64,000 nt of DNA, from contig JAHFGL010000002.1 of the NCBI GenBank assembly GCA_023247445.1, positions 553-64,552 on the forward strand, in the 5' to 3' direction. This DNA is from Candidatus Omnitrophota bacterium. Its GTDB lineage: Bacteria; Omnitrophota; Gorgyraeia; Zapsychrales; Zapsychraceae. A program made the position numbers and the translations under genes. Shown here piece by piece: positions 51,909-60,864 of this stretch (its first letter is position 1; every line of letters begins with the position of its first letter). The notes beneath the pieces are model-generated. The model saw nothing but the letters and a program-made list of their open reading frames with translations. It did no database searches and was not told the DNA's origin.

Positions 51909-54900
51909 ATGAACAAGATTAACTGCTGCCAAAGCCGCAATATTTTTTTACCCGTTTTAAGTTTTATAATATTTTCCTTTGCCCTTTTGTTTAGCGTAAA
52001 TTCTCAGGCCGCAGAGTTTCATGTCACCAAATGCGATGATCTTCGGTATGTTAATGCTCATCTCCAGGATACAATTATTCTTGACAATGATATTGATTGT
52101 AAAGGTCCAGCTATTTTGTGGCCGATTGGCTTGAATGCATTGCCAAATGGTTTTCAGGGAACATTTAATGGCCAAAATCATACGATCAGTAATATTACAT
52201 TGTCTATGTATAAAAACCCGGGTGAGCTAATGCCGGCCGGATTCTTTGCTGCTACCTCAGGGGCTACGATTTCTAATTTGAATTTAGATAATATCAGTGT
52301 AGTAGGTAACAGGTGCGTTGGAGCTTTGGTTGGGAATGCTGCTGGTGGAACCATAACTAATGTTATTGTAACTGGAAAAATCAGCGGACCTAAGTTTGGG
52401 GCCGATGCTAATCCACAGGCGGTTGGTGGGTTAGTTGGATGTAATAGTGCGACAATTTCACAGTCTGCTACTTACGTTATCGTTGAGGGTGGGAATACCA
52501 TGGGAGGATTAGTTGGGATTAATGATGCCGGAGGAAATATTACGCAGAGTTTTGCTAATGGTCGAATTGATGCCAATGCTGCAATTAATTGGGATGACAC
52601 TGACGTATTAGGTGGATTAGTTGGTAATAATAATGGAGGGTCGGTAACGGATTCATATGCAATGGTTCGTGGATTTTTATTAAAGGCTCAAGCTGCCATT
52701 AAATATGTTTGGGGAGGATTTGGTGGCAATAATAGTGGAAGTAATACGAATACTTTTGCGACTCATGGTTTTAAACGAGGTAGCTTTACCCAGACTGACG
52801 GAATTAATTGGGATGATACTGATGTGTTATCGGGAGGATTGGTAGGGACATCAAATAACATGCCAGTCAGTTCTTTTTGGGATATTCAATTAAGTGGCCA
52901 TAATACCAGCGCTGGTGGGGTTGGCAAGACAACAGTGGAGATGAAACAACAATCCACTTATCAGAATTGGGATTTTGCACAAAATTGGTCAGCCTGTGAA
53001 GGGAAAGATACTCCAGTTTTGCAATCGAGTGGGGTCGGATGTGCATCTCCTGTTCTTCAAAATACTTTACTTGATCCCGATCAAACCTCTGGAACTCAGA
53101 CAGAAACTTCTTTTGGTAAGAAGGTAGCTATTGATGATAATATTTTGGTAGTAAGTGATACCGGTGATCGTGGGTATAATCAAGGGGCGGTTTATATATA
53201 TAGAAAAAATAACGATCAGTGGTCATTAGCCAATACTATTTTTCCTACCGATGGAGTAAATTTAGAATATTTCGGACATGAATTTTTCTTAGAAGGGAAT
53301 TTATTATATGTATTTAAAACAACGCAAACAAGAACAGTCAAAGATGTTTATACTTTTATTTATTCGAAAGAAACAGGACAATGGCAACAAATAAAGAAGC
53401 AAACTCTTAATCTCGGGACAGGAAGTGATAATTATTTGACAGCAGTAACTAGTAACATGCTAGCCATTCGTTCTTTGTCGAGCAGTTCTCGAAATATAAA
53501 AATTTTCGAAAATGGGCCTACGGGCTGGCAATTAATATCTACCATAACGCCGGTAGCATCAATGACTGCAAGTATTAACGCAGATATTGATGGTGATAAC
53601 GTTGTTGTTCGAACTTTAGACTATAGTGGTCTTGCGCGTATTTACATTTATACTAAAACAGGTCAGTTAAAACAGGTCATTCAAGATCCTTTGCTTTCCA
53701 ATTATTTTGGAAACACGGTATCTTTAAATGGTGATACCTTGGTCGTTTCTTCTGGTCGAGGAGATTGTACGTCATCACCTAAACCTCTTCCTTCAGTTTA
53801 TAAATATGCTGGAACCCAATGGAGTTTCGTTCAGCGTTTATATGAACGTGGAACTTCGTTAATAGAGGCCAATTCCGTGATTGATGATTTTAAGGATGGT
53901 AATATTGTTATTACTTATCCATGGGCAGCGGGATGTTTACCTCCTAACACAGGTGCAATTGCTCGGCCTACAGCTGGAGTTAATGTTTATCAAAATAAAA
54001 ATGGTCAATGGAAACCAGCATACAGTTTAGATATTCCTGACCAGAGCACTAGTGGTCCTGTAGCGGCGGTAAGTGGAAATACTCTGGCTGTTGGTTCTTT
54101 TAATAGTGGTCTTTCCGCGAATAAGATCTTAGTTTATTCGTTGGGTGGAGAGAATAAGGGAAAAATTAAGGGAACTGTTAGAGATTCTCAGGGAAATCCA
54201 AGTTTAGGAGCTACCGTTGAGATTAGTGGTCCTTCAGGGGTAGTAACTTTAACCACAGGTCTCTTTGGGCAATATGAAACGGCATTCTTATCTGCAGGGA
54301 CTTATCAGGTAACAGCTAAGAATTCAAACCATACTTTTAATCCTCCAACTAGTTCTGTAACTATTCCTTCCAATGATACGTTTGTTGACTTTACTGAGGA
54401 GATGACACAAGGCACTAAAATTCAAACAACGGTTAAGAACACTTCAAATCAAGGGGTTTCTGGTATCGTTGTTAAGATTCAGCAAGGCAGTAATGTTTTA
54501 GAATCAGGATTAACGGATGCTAGTGGCATTTATACGTCGGCCAACACCTATGCACCCGGATCTTATGATGTCGTTGTGTCAAGCGCCCAATATTGCTTTA
54601 CGCCGATTCTAAATTCTCAACCAATCACAATTCCTGCGCAAAGTTCACCTACGGTGTCAGCGAATTTTACGGCGTATAATTTGTTGGTGGGGAAATTGGT
54701 GGATTCTGCTGGTCAGCCGATTGCGGCGGCCAAGATATATCTGAGAGGGACAACATCATCATTCGGGACTGATGCTAACGGATATTTTTATGTTCCAGAT
54801 AATAGCACTACGCGATCTCTCCCGTATAGATTTTATAAAATGATGAAGCCTTCCGGTGGATGGTATAGTTTCGGTCCGGATGTGTTTGTCTATAGTAAAC

Positions 54901-54935
54901 GACAGCCGAATCTAACCATAACCGGTGTCAGGTAA
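51909..54935 (+). CDS. giant secreted GLUG-motif repeat protein with beta-propeller-like middle region and CarboxypepD_reg-like C-terminal domains
   Basis: Signal peptide; repeated GGLVG.NxG.I motifs (the GLUG motif as in IgA-protease-like adhesins); C-terminal GTVRDSQGNPSLGATVEISG... beta-sandwich modules. Confidence 0.75.
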   Translation: MNKINCCQSRNIFLPVLSFIIFSFALLFSVNSQAAEFHVTKCDDLRYVNAHLQDTIILDNDIDCKGPAILWPIGLNALPNGFQGTFNGQNHTISNITLSMYKNPGELMPAGFFAATSGATISNLNLDNISVVGNRCVGALVGNAAGGTITNVIVTGKISGPKFGADANPQAVGGLVGCNSATISQSATYVIVEGGNTMGGLVGINDAGGNITQSFANGRIDANAAINWDDTDVLGGLVGNNNGGSVTDSYAMVRGFLLKAQAAIKYVWGGFGGNNSGSNTNTFATHGFKRGSFTQTDGINWDDTDVLSGGLVGTSNNMPVSSFWDIQLSGHNTSAGGVGKTTVEMKQQSTYQNWDFAQNWSACEGKDTPVLQSSGVGCASPVLQNTLLDPDQTSGTQTETSFGKKVAIDDNILVVSDTGDRGYNQGAVYIYRKNNDQWSLANTIFPTDGVNLEYFGHEFFLEGNLLYVFKTTQTRTVKDVYTFIYSKETGQWQQIKKQTLNLGTGSDNYLTAVTSNMLAIRSLSSSSRNIKIFENGPTGWQLISTITPVASMTASINADIDGDNVVVRTLDYSGLARIYIYTKTGQLKQVIQDPLLSNYFGNTVSLNGDTLVVSSGRGDCTSSPKPLPSVYKYAGTQWSFVQRLYERGTSLIEANSVIDDFKDGNIVITYPWAAGCLPPNTGAIARPTAGVNVYQNKNGQWKPAYSLDIPDQSTSGPVAAVSGNTLAVGSFNSGLSANKILVYSLGGENKGKIKGTVRDSQGNPSLGATVEISGPSGVVTLTTGLFGQYETAFLSAGTYQVTAKNSNHTFNPPTSSVTIPSNDTFVDFTEEMTQGTKIQTTVKNTSNQGVSGIVVKIQQGSNVLESGLTDASGIYTSANTYAPGSYDVVVSSAQYCFTPILNSQPITIPAQSSPTVSANFTAYNLLVGKLVDSAGQPIAAAKIYLRGTTSSFGTDANGYFYVPDNSTTRSLPYRFYKMMKPSGGWYSFGPDVFVYSKRQPNLTITGVR

Positions 54936-54988
54936 AGACGGGTTATAACGGTAACAGCTATTTTATTGTTTACACCTAGAATGTTTAG

Positions 54989-55023
54989 AAAGGCCCGCTT
55001 TGTATTAAGAAGCGGGCCTTTTG
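54989..55023 (+). terminator. rho-independent terminator after the GLUG gene
   Basis: AAAGGCCCGCTTTGTATTAAGAAGCGGGCCTTTTG. Confidence 0.8.
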
Positions 55024-55048
55024 CTTGACTCGATTTTTAACTGTCAAC

Positions 55049-55104
55049 TTGCAAATACAATTTCCGTCTATATAATTGAATCTATATCCTGACAATTATA
55101 GATT
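55049..55104 (+). promoter_or_regulatory. putative promoter (TTGCAA-17-ATAATT) followed by the palindrome AATCTATA-N10-TATAGATT, directly upstream of gspE
   Basis: Read directly; the palindrome ends 17 nt before the gspE ATG. Confidence 0.4.
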
Positions 55105-55121
55105 TATATTTTTAAAATATT

Positions 55122-56819
55122 ATGGCCATCAAAACAAAATTTCCTATCGGTCAGCTTCTCATCGAGAAGAAGATCATTACCCCCGAACAATTAGAGATAG
55201 CGCTTAAGAAACAAAAAGAAACCAACGAGCCGCTGGGCGTAACCCTCATTAAATTAGGTTTTATTGAAGAAGAAACGATTTTTTTGCCCGTTTTAGCCGG
55301 ACAAATGGGTGTTGATTATGTGAATTTGAAAGATATTGAAATCCCTCCCGAGGTCTTAAGCAAAATTCCCGCCAAGTTTGCCAGTCATTATAAAATTATG
55401 CCGTTTGCCTTTAGGAGTAATACGATTTCGATTGCAACGGCCGTTCCCATCGACATTCATCTGCTGGATGAAATTGGATTGGTTGTTAATTATCCACTGC
55501 AATCTGTTTTAGCGAGCGAAAAAGATATATTGGAAGCCATCCGAAAATATTATGGAGTTGGGGCGGAGACGATTGAAAAAATGATGGGCTCGGTGCAGAA
55601 GTCGAATCAACAGGAAACAGAAATTGCGGAGATTGACGAAACAGGTTCCGAGGCCTCGATTAGCAAATTTTTAAATCAAATTCTTCTGCAGGCTTATCGT
55701 GATCGCGCCAGTGATATCCATATTGAACCCTTTGAAGATAATTTGCAAATTCGTTATCGAGTTGATGGCATCCTTTATGATGCCAAAGTTCCTCCTAACA
55801 TTAAACATTTTAAAGATGAAATTAATTCTCGGATTAAAATCTTATCAAATCTTAACATCGCCGAGAAACGGTTGCCTCAGGACGGCCGTTTTAAAGTACG
55901 AGTTAAGGATGTTGATATTGATCTTCGCGTTTCATTTTTGCCAACGCCGTATGGAGAGAGTGTTGTCTTACGCGTTTTGAATTCGACCCGCTTATTTAGT
56001 TTTGAAGAATTAGGACTGATCGATTATGAACGCAAAATTCTTGAAGAGTTAGTTAAGAAGCCTCACGGAATTATTTTTTTAACCGGGCCAACCGGAAGTG
56101 GAAAGACAACGACACTTTATTCGTGTCTTTCTCAAGTGAACACAGAAGATAGAAAAATTATCACAATTGAAGATCCGATTGAATATCAACTTAAAGGCAT
56201 TACGCAAATTCAAACTAATCCCAGAATTGGATTAACCTTTGCCCATGGACTACGTTCGATGCTTCGTCATGATCCTGATATTATGATGGTCGGAGAAGTT
56301 CGGGATCGTGAAACAGCGGAAATTGCGATTCAAGTGGCTTTAACTGGGCATTTAATTTTTTCAACACTGCATACCAATGACGCGGCCAGCGGCGTTACGC
56401 GTTTGCTCGATATGGGGGTTGAGCCATTTCTGGTGACGAGCACCATCGAATGTTTTATTGCTCAACGATTGATCCGCATGTTGTGTTCGAAATGTAAACA
56501 GCCAACGAAATTAAATGATCAGCTTCTTAAAGATTTTGAAGGTCAGGTTGAAATTCCTAAAGATATGACGATTTATGAAGGCAAAGGTTGCGAGTCCTGT
56601 AAAATGACCGGTTATATTGGTCGAGAAGCCATTTATGAGTTTTTGCTAATGACAGAACCGATTCGACAACTGATTATGCAACGCGCGACCGTTAATCAGA
56701 TTAAAGAAAAAGCGATCGAGCAAGGAATGAAAACACTGCGGCAGTCGGGATGGGATAAGGTTGTGCATGGATTAACGACGCCGGAAGAAGTTGTCAGGGT
56801 CACTAAAGAAGAAACTTAG
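55122..56819 (+). CDS. gspE: type II secretion / type IV pilus assembly ATPase (GspE/PilB family) with N-terminal T2SSE_N domain
   Basis: Walker A GPTGSGKTTT, the Asp box, Walker B, and the Cys4 cluster CSKCKQ...CESCKMTG. Confidence 0.9.
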   Translation: MAIKTKFPIGQLLIEKKIITPEQLEIALKKQKETNEPLGVTLIKLGFIEEETIFLPVLAGQMGVDYVNLKDIEIPPEVLSKIPAKFASHYKIMPFAFRSNTISIATAVPIDIHLLDEIGLVVNYPLQSVLASEKDILEAIRKYYGVGAETIEKMMGSVQKSNQQETEIAEIDETGSEASISKFLNQILLQAYRDRASDIHIEPFEDNLQIRYRVDGILYDAKVPPNIKHFKDEINSRIKILSNLNIAEKRLPQDGRFKVRVKDVDIDLRVSFLPTPYGESVVLRVLNSTRLFSFEELGLIDYERKILEELVKKPHGIIFLTGPTGSGKTTTLYSCLSQVNTEDRKIITIEDPIEYQLKGITQIQTNPRIGLTFAHGLRSMLRHDPDIMMVGEVRDRETAEIAIQVALTGHLIFSTLHTNDAASGVTRLLDMGVEPFLVTSTIECFIAQRLIRMLCSKCKQPTKLNDQLLKDFEGQVEIPKDMTIYEGKGCESCKMTGYIGREAIYEFLLMTEPIRQLIMQRATVNQIKEKAIEQGMKTLRQSGWDKVVHGLTTPEEVVRVTKEET

Positions 56820-56868
56820 TAATCGTATTTCGTATTTAGTACATCGTACTTCGCTGAGGATTGATGAG

Positions 56869-57228
56869 ATGGAGAAGATTAAAAATTTTAAAGAATTGAG
56901 GATATGGCAGAAAGGGATAGAAATTGTTAAAGATGTTTATTCGATGACCAAAGATTTTCCCAAAGAAGAATTGTATGGTTTAACAAGTCAAATGAGACGC
57001 TCTGCAATTTCAATACCATCTAATATTGCCGAAGGATTTAAAAGATTTCATGATAAAGAGTATAAGCAGTTTTTGCATATCACTTTAGGATCTGCTGCTG
57101 AATTAGAAACACAGATTATTATCTCTAAGGAACTTAATTTTATAGACCAAGAGAAGTTAGATAACATTCTAGAAAAATTAGATCATTTGGCCAAAATGAT
57201 TTCTTCTCTTTTAAATAAAATACAATAA
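56869..57228 (+). CDS. four-helix-bundle protein (23S rRNA intervening-sequence protein family, TIGR02436-like)
   Basis: MEKIKNFKELRIWQKGIEIVKDVY...ELYGLTSQMRRSAISIPSNIAEGF...GSAAELETQ, the canonical 4HB signature; ~119 aa from ATG 56869. Confidence 0.8.
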   Translation: MEKIKNFKELRIWQKGIEIVKDVYSMTKDFPKEELYGLTSQMRRSAISIPSNIAEGFKRFHDKEYKQFLHITLGSAAELETQIIISKELNFIDQEKLDNILEKLDHLAKMISSLLNKIQ

Positions 57229-57264
57229 CGATGTACGAAGTACGAATGACGAAATACGAAGTAT

Positions 57265-58503
57265 ATGCCAAGATTCCACTACAAAGCCAAAGAAGGTCCA
57301 ACCAAAATTATTGATGGAACCATCGAGGCTGATACGCTCGATGGGGCGATCAGTAAAATTATTGGTCTTAGGTTAACACCCCTTGATGTCGTTTTAGAAA
57401 ATCAACAGGAAGTAGAGAAGAAGGCCAAGGCAACAGCGCTTCTTAAAACGGACTTTAACTTTTTTAAGCGCGTTGGATTAAAAGATGTCGTTTTATTTAC
57501 GCGACAGATGAGTGATTTAATTGAGGCCTCAGTACCGCTACTGCGTTCAATACAAATCGTCAGCAATCAGACACAAAATATTTATTTTAAAGGGTTGATC
57601 CAAAATATGGCGACCTTTGTCAAAGATGGTGGATCATTTTCTGAAAGTTTATCCAAACATCCGCAGATTTTTTCTAACCTTTATGTCAATATGGTTAAGA
57701 CAGGCGAAGTCGGTGGACAGTTGGAACTTGTTTTAAAGCGTCTGGCCATTTATTTGGAGAAAGAACATGAGACGCGTTCTAAAGTTCGCTCGAGTTTGGC
57801 CTATCCTGCATTGATTCTCGTTGTCGGGGTTATCACTATTTTTGTGCTTTTGACCTTTGTTATTCCGCGACTGACCGTTATGTTTGAAGATCTTAATCAA
57901 TCTTTGCCCACACCAACCCTGATTCTTATTCAGATGAGTAATGTCTTTGCTCAGTATTGGTGGCTGATGATTATTGTTGTGGTTTTGGTTGCGGTGTATT
58001 TTAAAAAATGGAGTAATTCGGAAAATGGTCGACTCTGGTTAGATTCATCGTTATTAAAAATTCCTTTATTAGGGAATTTTATTCGCATTGTTGAAGTGGG
58101 CCGGTTAGCGAGGACTTTGGGAACATTGCTAGAAAGTGGTGTAACGATGACTAAGGCGTTAAAATCGGTTGCTGGACTGATTGATAATGTTGTCTTACGG
58201 GAGGAAGTTAGAAGAATGTCAGAAGAGGTGACGCAAGGATCTAGTTTAAGAAATGCCTTGAAACAATGTTCGTATTTTCCTGAAATGGCTGTTAATATGA
58301 TTTCCGTCGGTGAAGAGACGGGACGATTGGATCACAGCCTTTATAAAGTCGCTGAGACCTTTGAACGTGAGGCTGATGAAACGGTAAAAAGTATCGTGTC
58401 CTTGGTGGGGCCACTGGTTTTAGTTGTTGTTATTTCTATTGTTGGTTTTGTTGTTATTTCAATGTTACTTCCTATTTTTCAAATGAATTTAATTGTTCAA
58501 TAG
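57265..58503 (+). CDS. gspF: type II secretion inner-membrane platform protein (GspF/PilC family)
   Basis: Two GspF repeats, 3 TMs, N-terminal MPRFHYKAKEG...GL.PLDV. Confidence 0.85.
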   Translation: MPRFHYKAKEGPTKIIDGTIEADTLDGAISKIIGLRLTPLDVVLENQQEVEKKAKATALLKTDFNFFKRVGLKDVVLFTRQMSDLIEASVPLLRSIQIVSNQTQNIYFKGLIQNMATFVKDGGSFSESLSKHPQIFSNLYVNMVKTGEVGGQLELVLKRLAIYLEKEHETRSKVRSSLAYPALILVVGVITIFVLLTFVIPRLTVMFEDLNQSLPTPTLILIQMSNVFAQYWWLMIIVVVLVAVYFKKWSNSENGRLWLDSSLLKIPLLGNFIRIVEVGRLARTLGTLLESGVTMTKALKSVAGLIDNVVLREEVRRMSEEVTQGSSLRNALKQCSYFPEMAVNMISVGEETGRLDHSLYKVAETFEREADETVKSIVSLVGPLVLVVVISIVGFVVISMLLPIFQMNLIVQ

Positions 58504-58575
58504 TAAGGTCATCAACTTTTTAACTTTGAAGTGGTGGATCTTGCTAAACAAAAATAATAAAAGGCGGGAGGCGTT

Positions 58576-59019
58576 ATGAATTTCAAAACAAAGAATGCAT
58601 TTACATTAATTGAAATCATGTTGGTGGTTGTGATCATTGGTATTTTGGCAGCGATGATTGTTCCTAATATCGCTGGCCGAGGCGAGCAGGCCCGTAAATC
58701 CACCGCCAGGACGGATATTGAAGCTAATCTTCCATCAGCCCTGGATCTTTATGAAATGGATAATGGCCGTTTTCCAACAACGGAACAGGGACTTAAGGCC
58801 TTGATTCAAAAACCATCAACCACGCCTGAGGCAACCAACTGGAGTGGTCCTTATTTGAAAAAGAAAAAAATGCCTCTGGATCCTTGGGGACATGAATATA
58901 TTTATAGTTCTCCCGGCGCGCATAACACGGATGATTACGATTTATCGTCCTATGGTCAAGATGGAATTGAAAGTAAGGATGATGTGACGAATTGGGGGAT
59001 TGATACTTCCAAGAAATAA
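58576..59019 (+). CDS. gspG: major pseudopilin GspG
   Basis: Prepilin signal KNAFTLIEIMLVVVIIGILAA; GRFPTTEQGLKAL; DPWG..Y.Y..PG. Confidence 0.9.
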   Translation: MNFKTKNAFTLIEIMLVVVIIGILAAMIVPNIAGRGEQARKSTARTDIEANLPSALDLYEMDNGRFPTTEQGLKALIQKPSTTPEATNWSGPYLKKKKMPLDPWGHEYIYSSPGAHNTDDYDLSSYGQDGIESKDDVTNWGIDTSKK

Positions 59020-59197
59020 ATTCCAATATACAAATCTTAAACACCAAACAATACAATAAATTCCAATTACCAAATAATATACAAATCCCAATGGCTAAGA
59101 TTTACATTTAGTTTTGTATTTTGTTAATTGGAATTTGTTTGGTATTTGTGATTTTGGATTTGTATATTGCCTGTAATTTGGGATTTGGGATTTTAAA
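59020..59197 (+). repeat. bipartite intergenic element (a ~72-nt G-free half, then a ~100-nt C-poor half), homologous to 27766-27910
   Basis: AAATTCCAATTACCAAATAATATACAAATCCCAAT ... TTGGAATTTGTTTGGTATTTGTGATTTTGGATTTGTATATT...TGTAATTTGGGATTTGGGATTTT. Confidence 0.6.
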
Positions 59198-59692
59198 ATG
59201 CAGATATTCAAGTCCAAACAAGCCGCGTTTACTTTAATAGAAATAATTTTAGTTGTTCTTATTTTATCTGTCATCGCCTGCTTAGCCATTCCCAACTTTG
59301 GCCAAACATATTCACAGCTGCAGCTTAAACAAACGACGGAAGATTTGGCTTATTTAATGCGTTATGCGCAGACTTTCGCCATCAGTAACAGTCAAAATGT
59401 TCAGTTAGAATTTGATTCTGAATTTTCATCTTACTGGTTGAACAAAAGTACGGCAGATACGTCGGTGGCCGATTCTTCTTTTGTCCGAATTAATGGGCGT
59501 ATGGGGCGGACATTTGATATTCCAAGGACAATAAAGATTAAAGCAGAAAACGCCTATATTCTTTTTTATCCCGATGGAAAAATAGATAAGGTTCGTATCG
59601 ATGTGTGTCAGGAACAAAAATGTCTGGCGATTTCAACCAAAGAACAAAAAGGATATGTGAGGGTATTTGATGCGAGTTTATTGGATGATTAA
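59198..59692 (+). CDS. gspH: minor pseudopilin GspH-like
   Basis: Prepilin motif KQAAFTLIEIILVVLIL. Confidence 0.75.
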   Translation: MQIFKSKQAAFTLIEIILVVLILSVIACLAIPNFGQTYSQLQLKQTTEDLAYLMRYAQTFAISNSQNVQLEFDSEFSSYWLNKSTADTSVADSSFVRINGRMGRTFDIPRTIKIKAENAYILFYPDGKIDKVRIDVCQEQKCLAISTKEQKGYVRVFDASLLDD

Positions 59693-59713
59693 AAGGGTCA
59701 TGGGTCAAGGGTC

Positions 59714-60151
59714 ATGAGAGTGCCTTGCGCCTTGCGCCTTGCCCCTTTTAAGATTTTAAGAAATTGTAAACAAGGTTCTTTACTGCTTGAGGCCTTATTA
59801 TCTGTTGTCATCCTTTCGGTTAGCATTTCCGTCATTATTCAGGCCATGACAGCTAGCTTAAGATCGACGATTTATAGCGCTGAATATACGAAGGCAATGA
59901 TTCTGTTGGAAAATAAAATGGTAGGACTTATGCAACAATCAATAGGGCAGAGCTCAACGGATACACCGACTGATGATTCAGTGACAGACGAAAAGTTTCA
60001 ATATTTGATAACGGAAGATTCATTGCCCGGCGATGATGCCAAAAATTTAGAAAAGGTTGCGCTGGCGATATCTTGGAAGAGCAAAGGAAAAAGCAATAAT
60101 ATTTCTGTAAGTACGTATAAATTTAATCCACCTGAATTGGCATCTCAATGA
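59714..60151 (+). CDS. gspI: minor pseudopilin GspI-like (the start codon is uncertain; the prepilin site is G|SLLLEALL)
   Basis: KQG-SLLLE matches the G/(F,M,S)xxxE prepilin peptidase motif. The track start 59714 gives an unusually long leader, and a TTG at ~59735 is an alternative start. Confidence 0.65.
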   Translation: MRVPCALRLAPFKILRNCKQGSLLLEALLSVVILSVSISVIIQAMTASLRSTIYSAEYTKAMILLENKMVGLMQQSIGQSSTDTPTDDSVTDEKFQYLITEDSLPGDDAKNLEKVALAISWKSKGKSNNISVSTYKFNPPELASQ

Positions 60152-60861
60152 GACTTAGACAAAAAGGTTTTACATTAATTGAACTTCTTCTTGGGCTAAC
60201 GATTTTTTCGCTCATCATTACATGTATCTATAGCACCTTAGCCGGGGGGATTCATCTAAGTCGTCGTAGTCAGCAGCAGAATGATATCTACCGCGAGATG
60301 CGTTGGTCGCTTAACTGGATGAGTAAAGATTTGGAAAATATGGTGCCCTATAATTTTACCAATTCTTATCCCGAAATATTTGCTTGCATGGGTGATGATA
60401 AAAAGATTACGTTTCTTTTGCCAACGGATGATGGGTTAAAGGTTGTCAGTTATTATTTAGCGTCTACGCAAGGAGGAAGCATTCATAAGGTAACCATTGG
60501 CCAGACTTACAAGAAAAATGTTTCAACGATGACAAAATACGAGGAGAAATATCGAGTTGATAGTTTGGTTAGAGAAGAGTTTGATTTTGCTGATTATTTG
60601 CAAGACCCAGCGCAAGCCAAGGGCGAGATCGAAATTGTTGCCAGTAATGTCCGAGAAAATGGACTTAAATATTCTTATGGATATCTAGAGGGAGAAAAAA
60701 GTGCGACGGTTGCTTGGAAAAATAATTGGAGTTCGAACAATCTTCCTCGCTATGTTCGTATTGATATCGATTTCCAATCAGCGCAAAAACCATTTCAACT
60801 GCATTCATTAACAAAAGACATTTGGATCCCAACAGGATCTTTAAGTGATCAACAATCGTAG
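60148..60861 (+). CDS. gspJ: minor pseudopilin GspJ-like
   Basis: QKGFTLIELLLGLTIFSLI prepilin motif; 237 aa; ATGA overlap with gspI. Confidence 0.75.
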   Translation: MRLRQKGFTLIELLLGLTIFSLIITCIYSTLAGGIHLSRRSQQQNDIYREMRWSLNWMSKDLENMVPYNFTNSYPEIFACMGDDKKITFLLPTDDGLKVVSYYLASTQGGSIHKVTIGQTYKKNVSTMTKYEEKYRVDSLVREEFDFADYLQDPAQAKGEIEIVASNVRENGLKYSYGYLEGEKSATVAWKNNWSSNNLPRYVRIDIDFQSAQKPFQLHSLTKDIWIPTGSLSDQQS

Positions 60862-60864
60862 GCC

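Noticed and set aside
56791-56868. 5' extension of the 4HB ORF (track start 56791) overlapping the gspE end
   Set aside because: The family is ~120 aa and starts MEKIK.... The extension is the translated left inverted repeat and overlaps the gspE stop. ATG 56869 with the GAGGA spacer is preferred.
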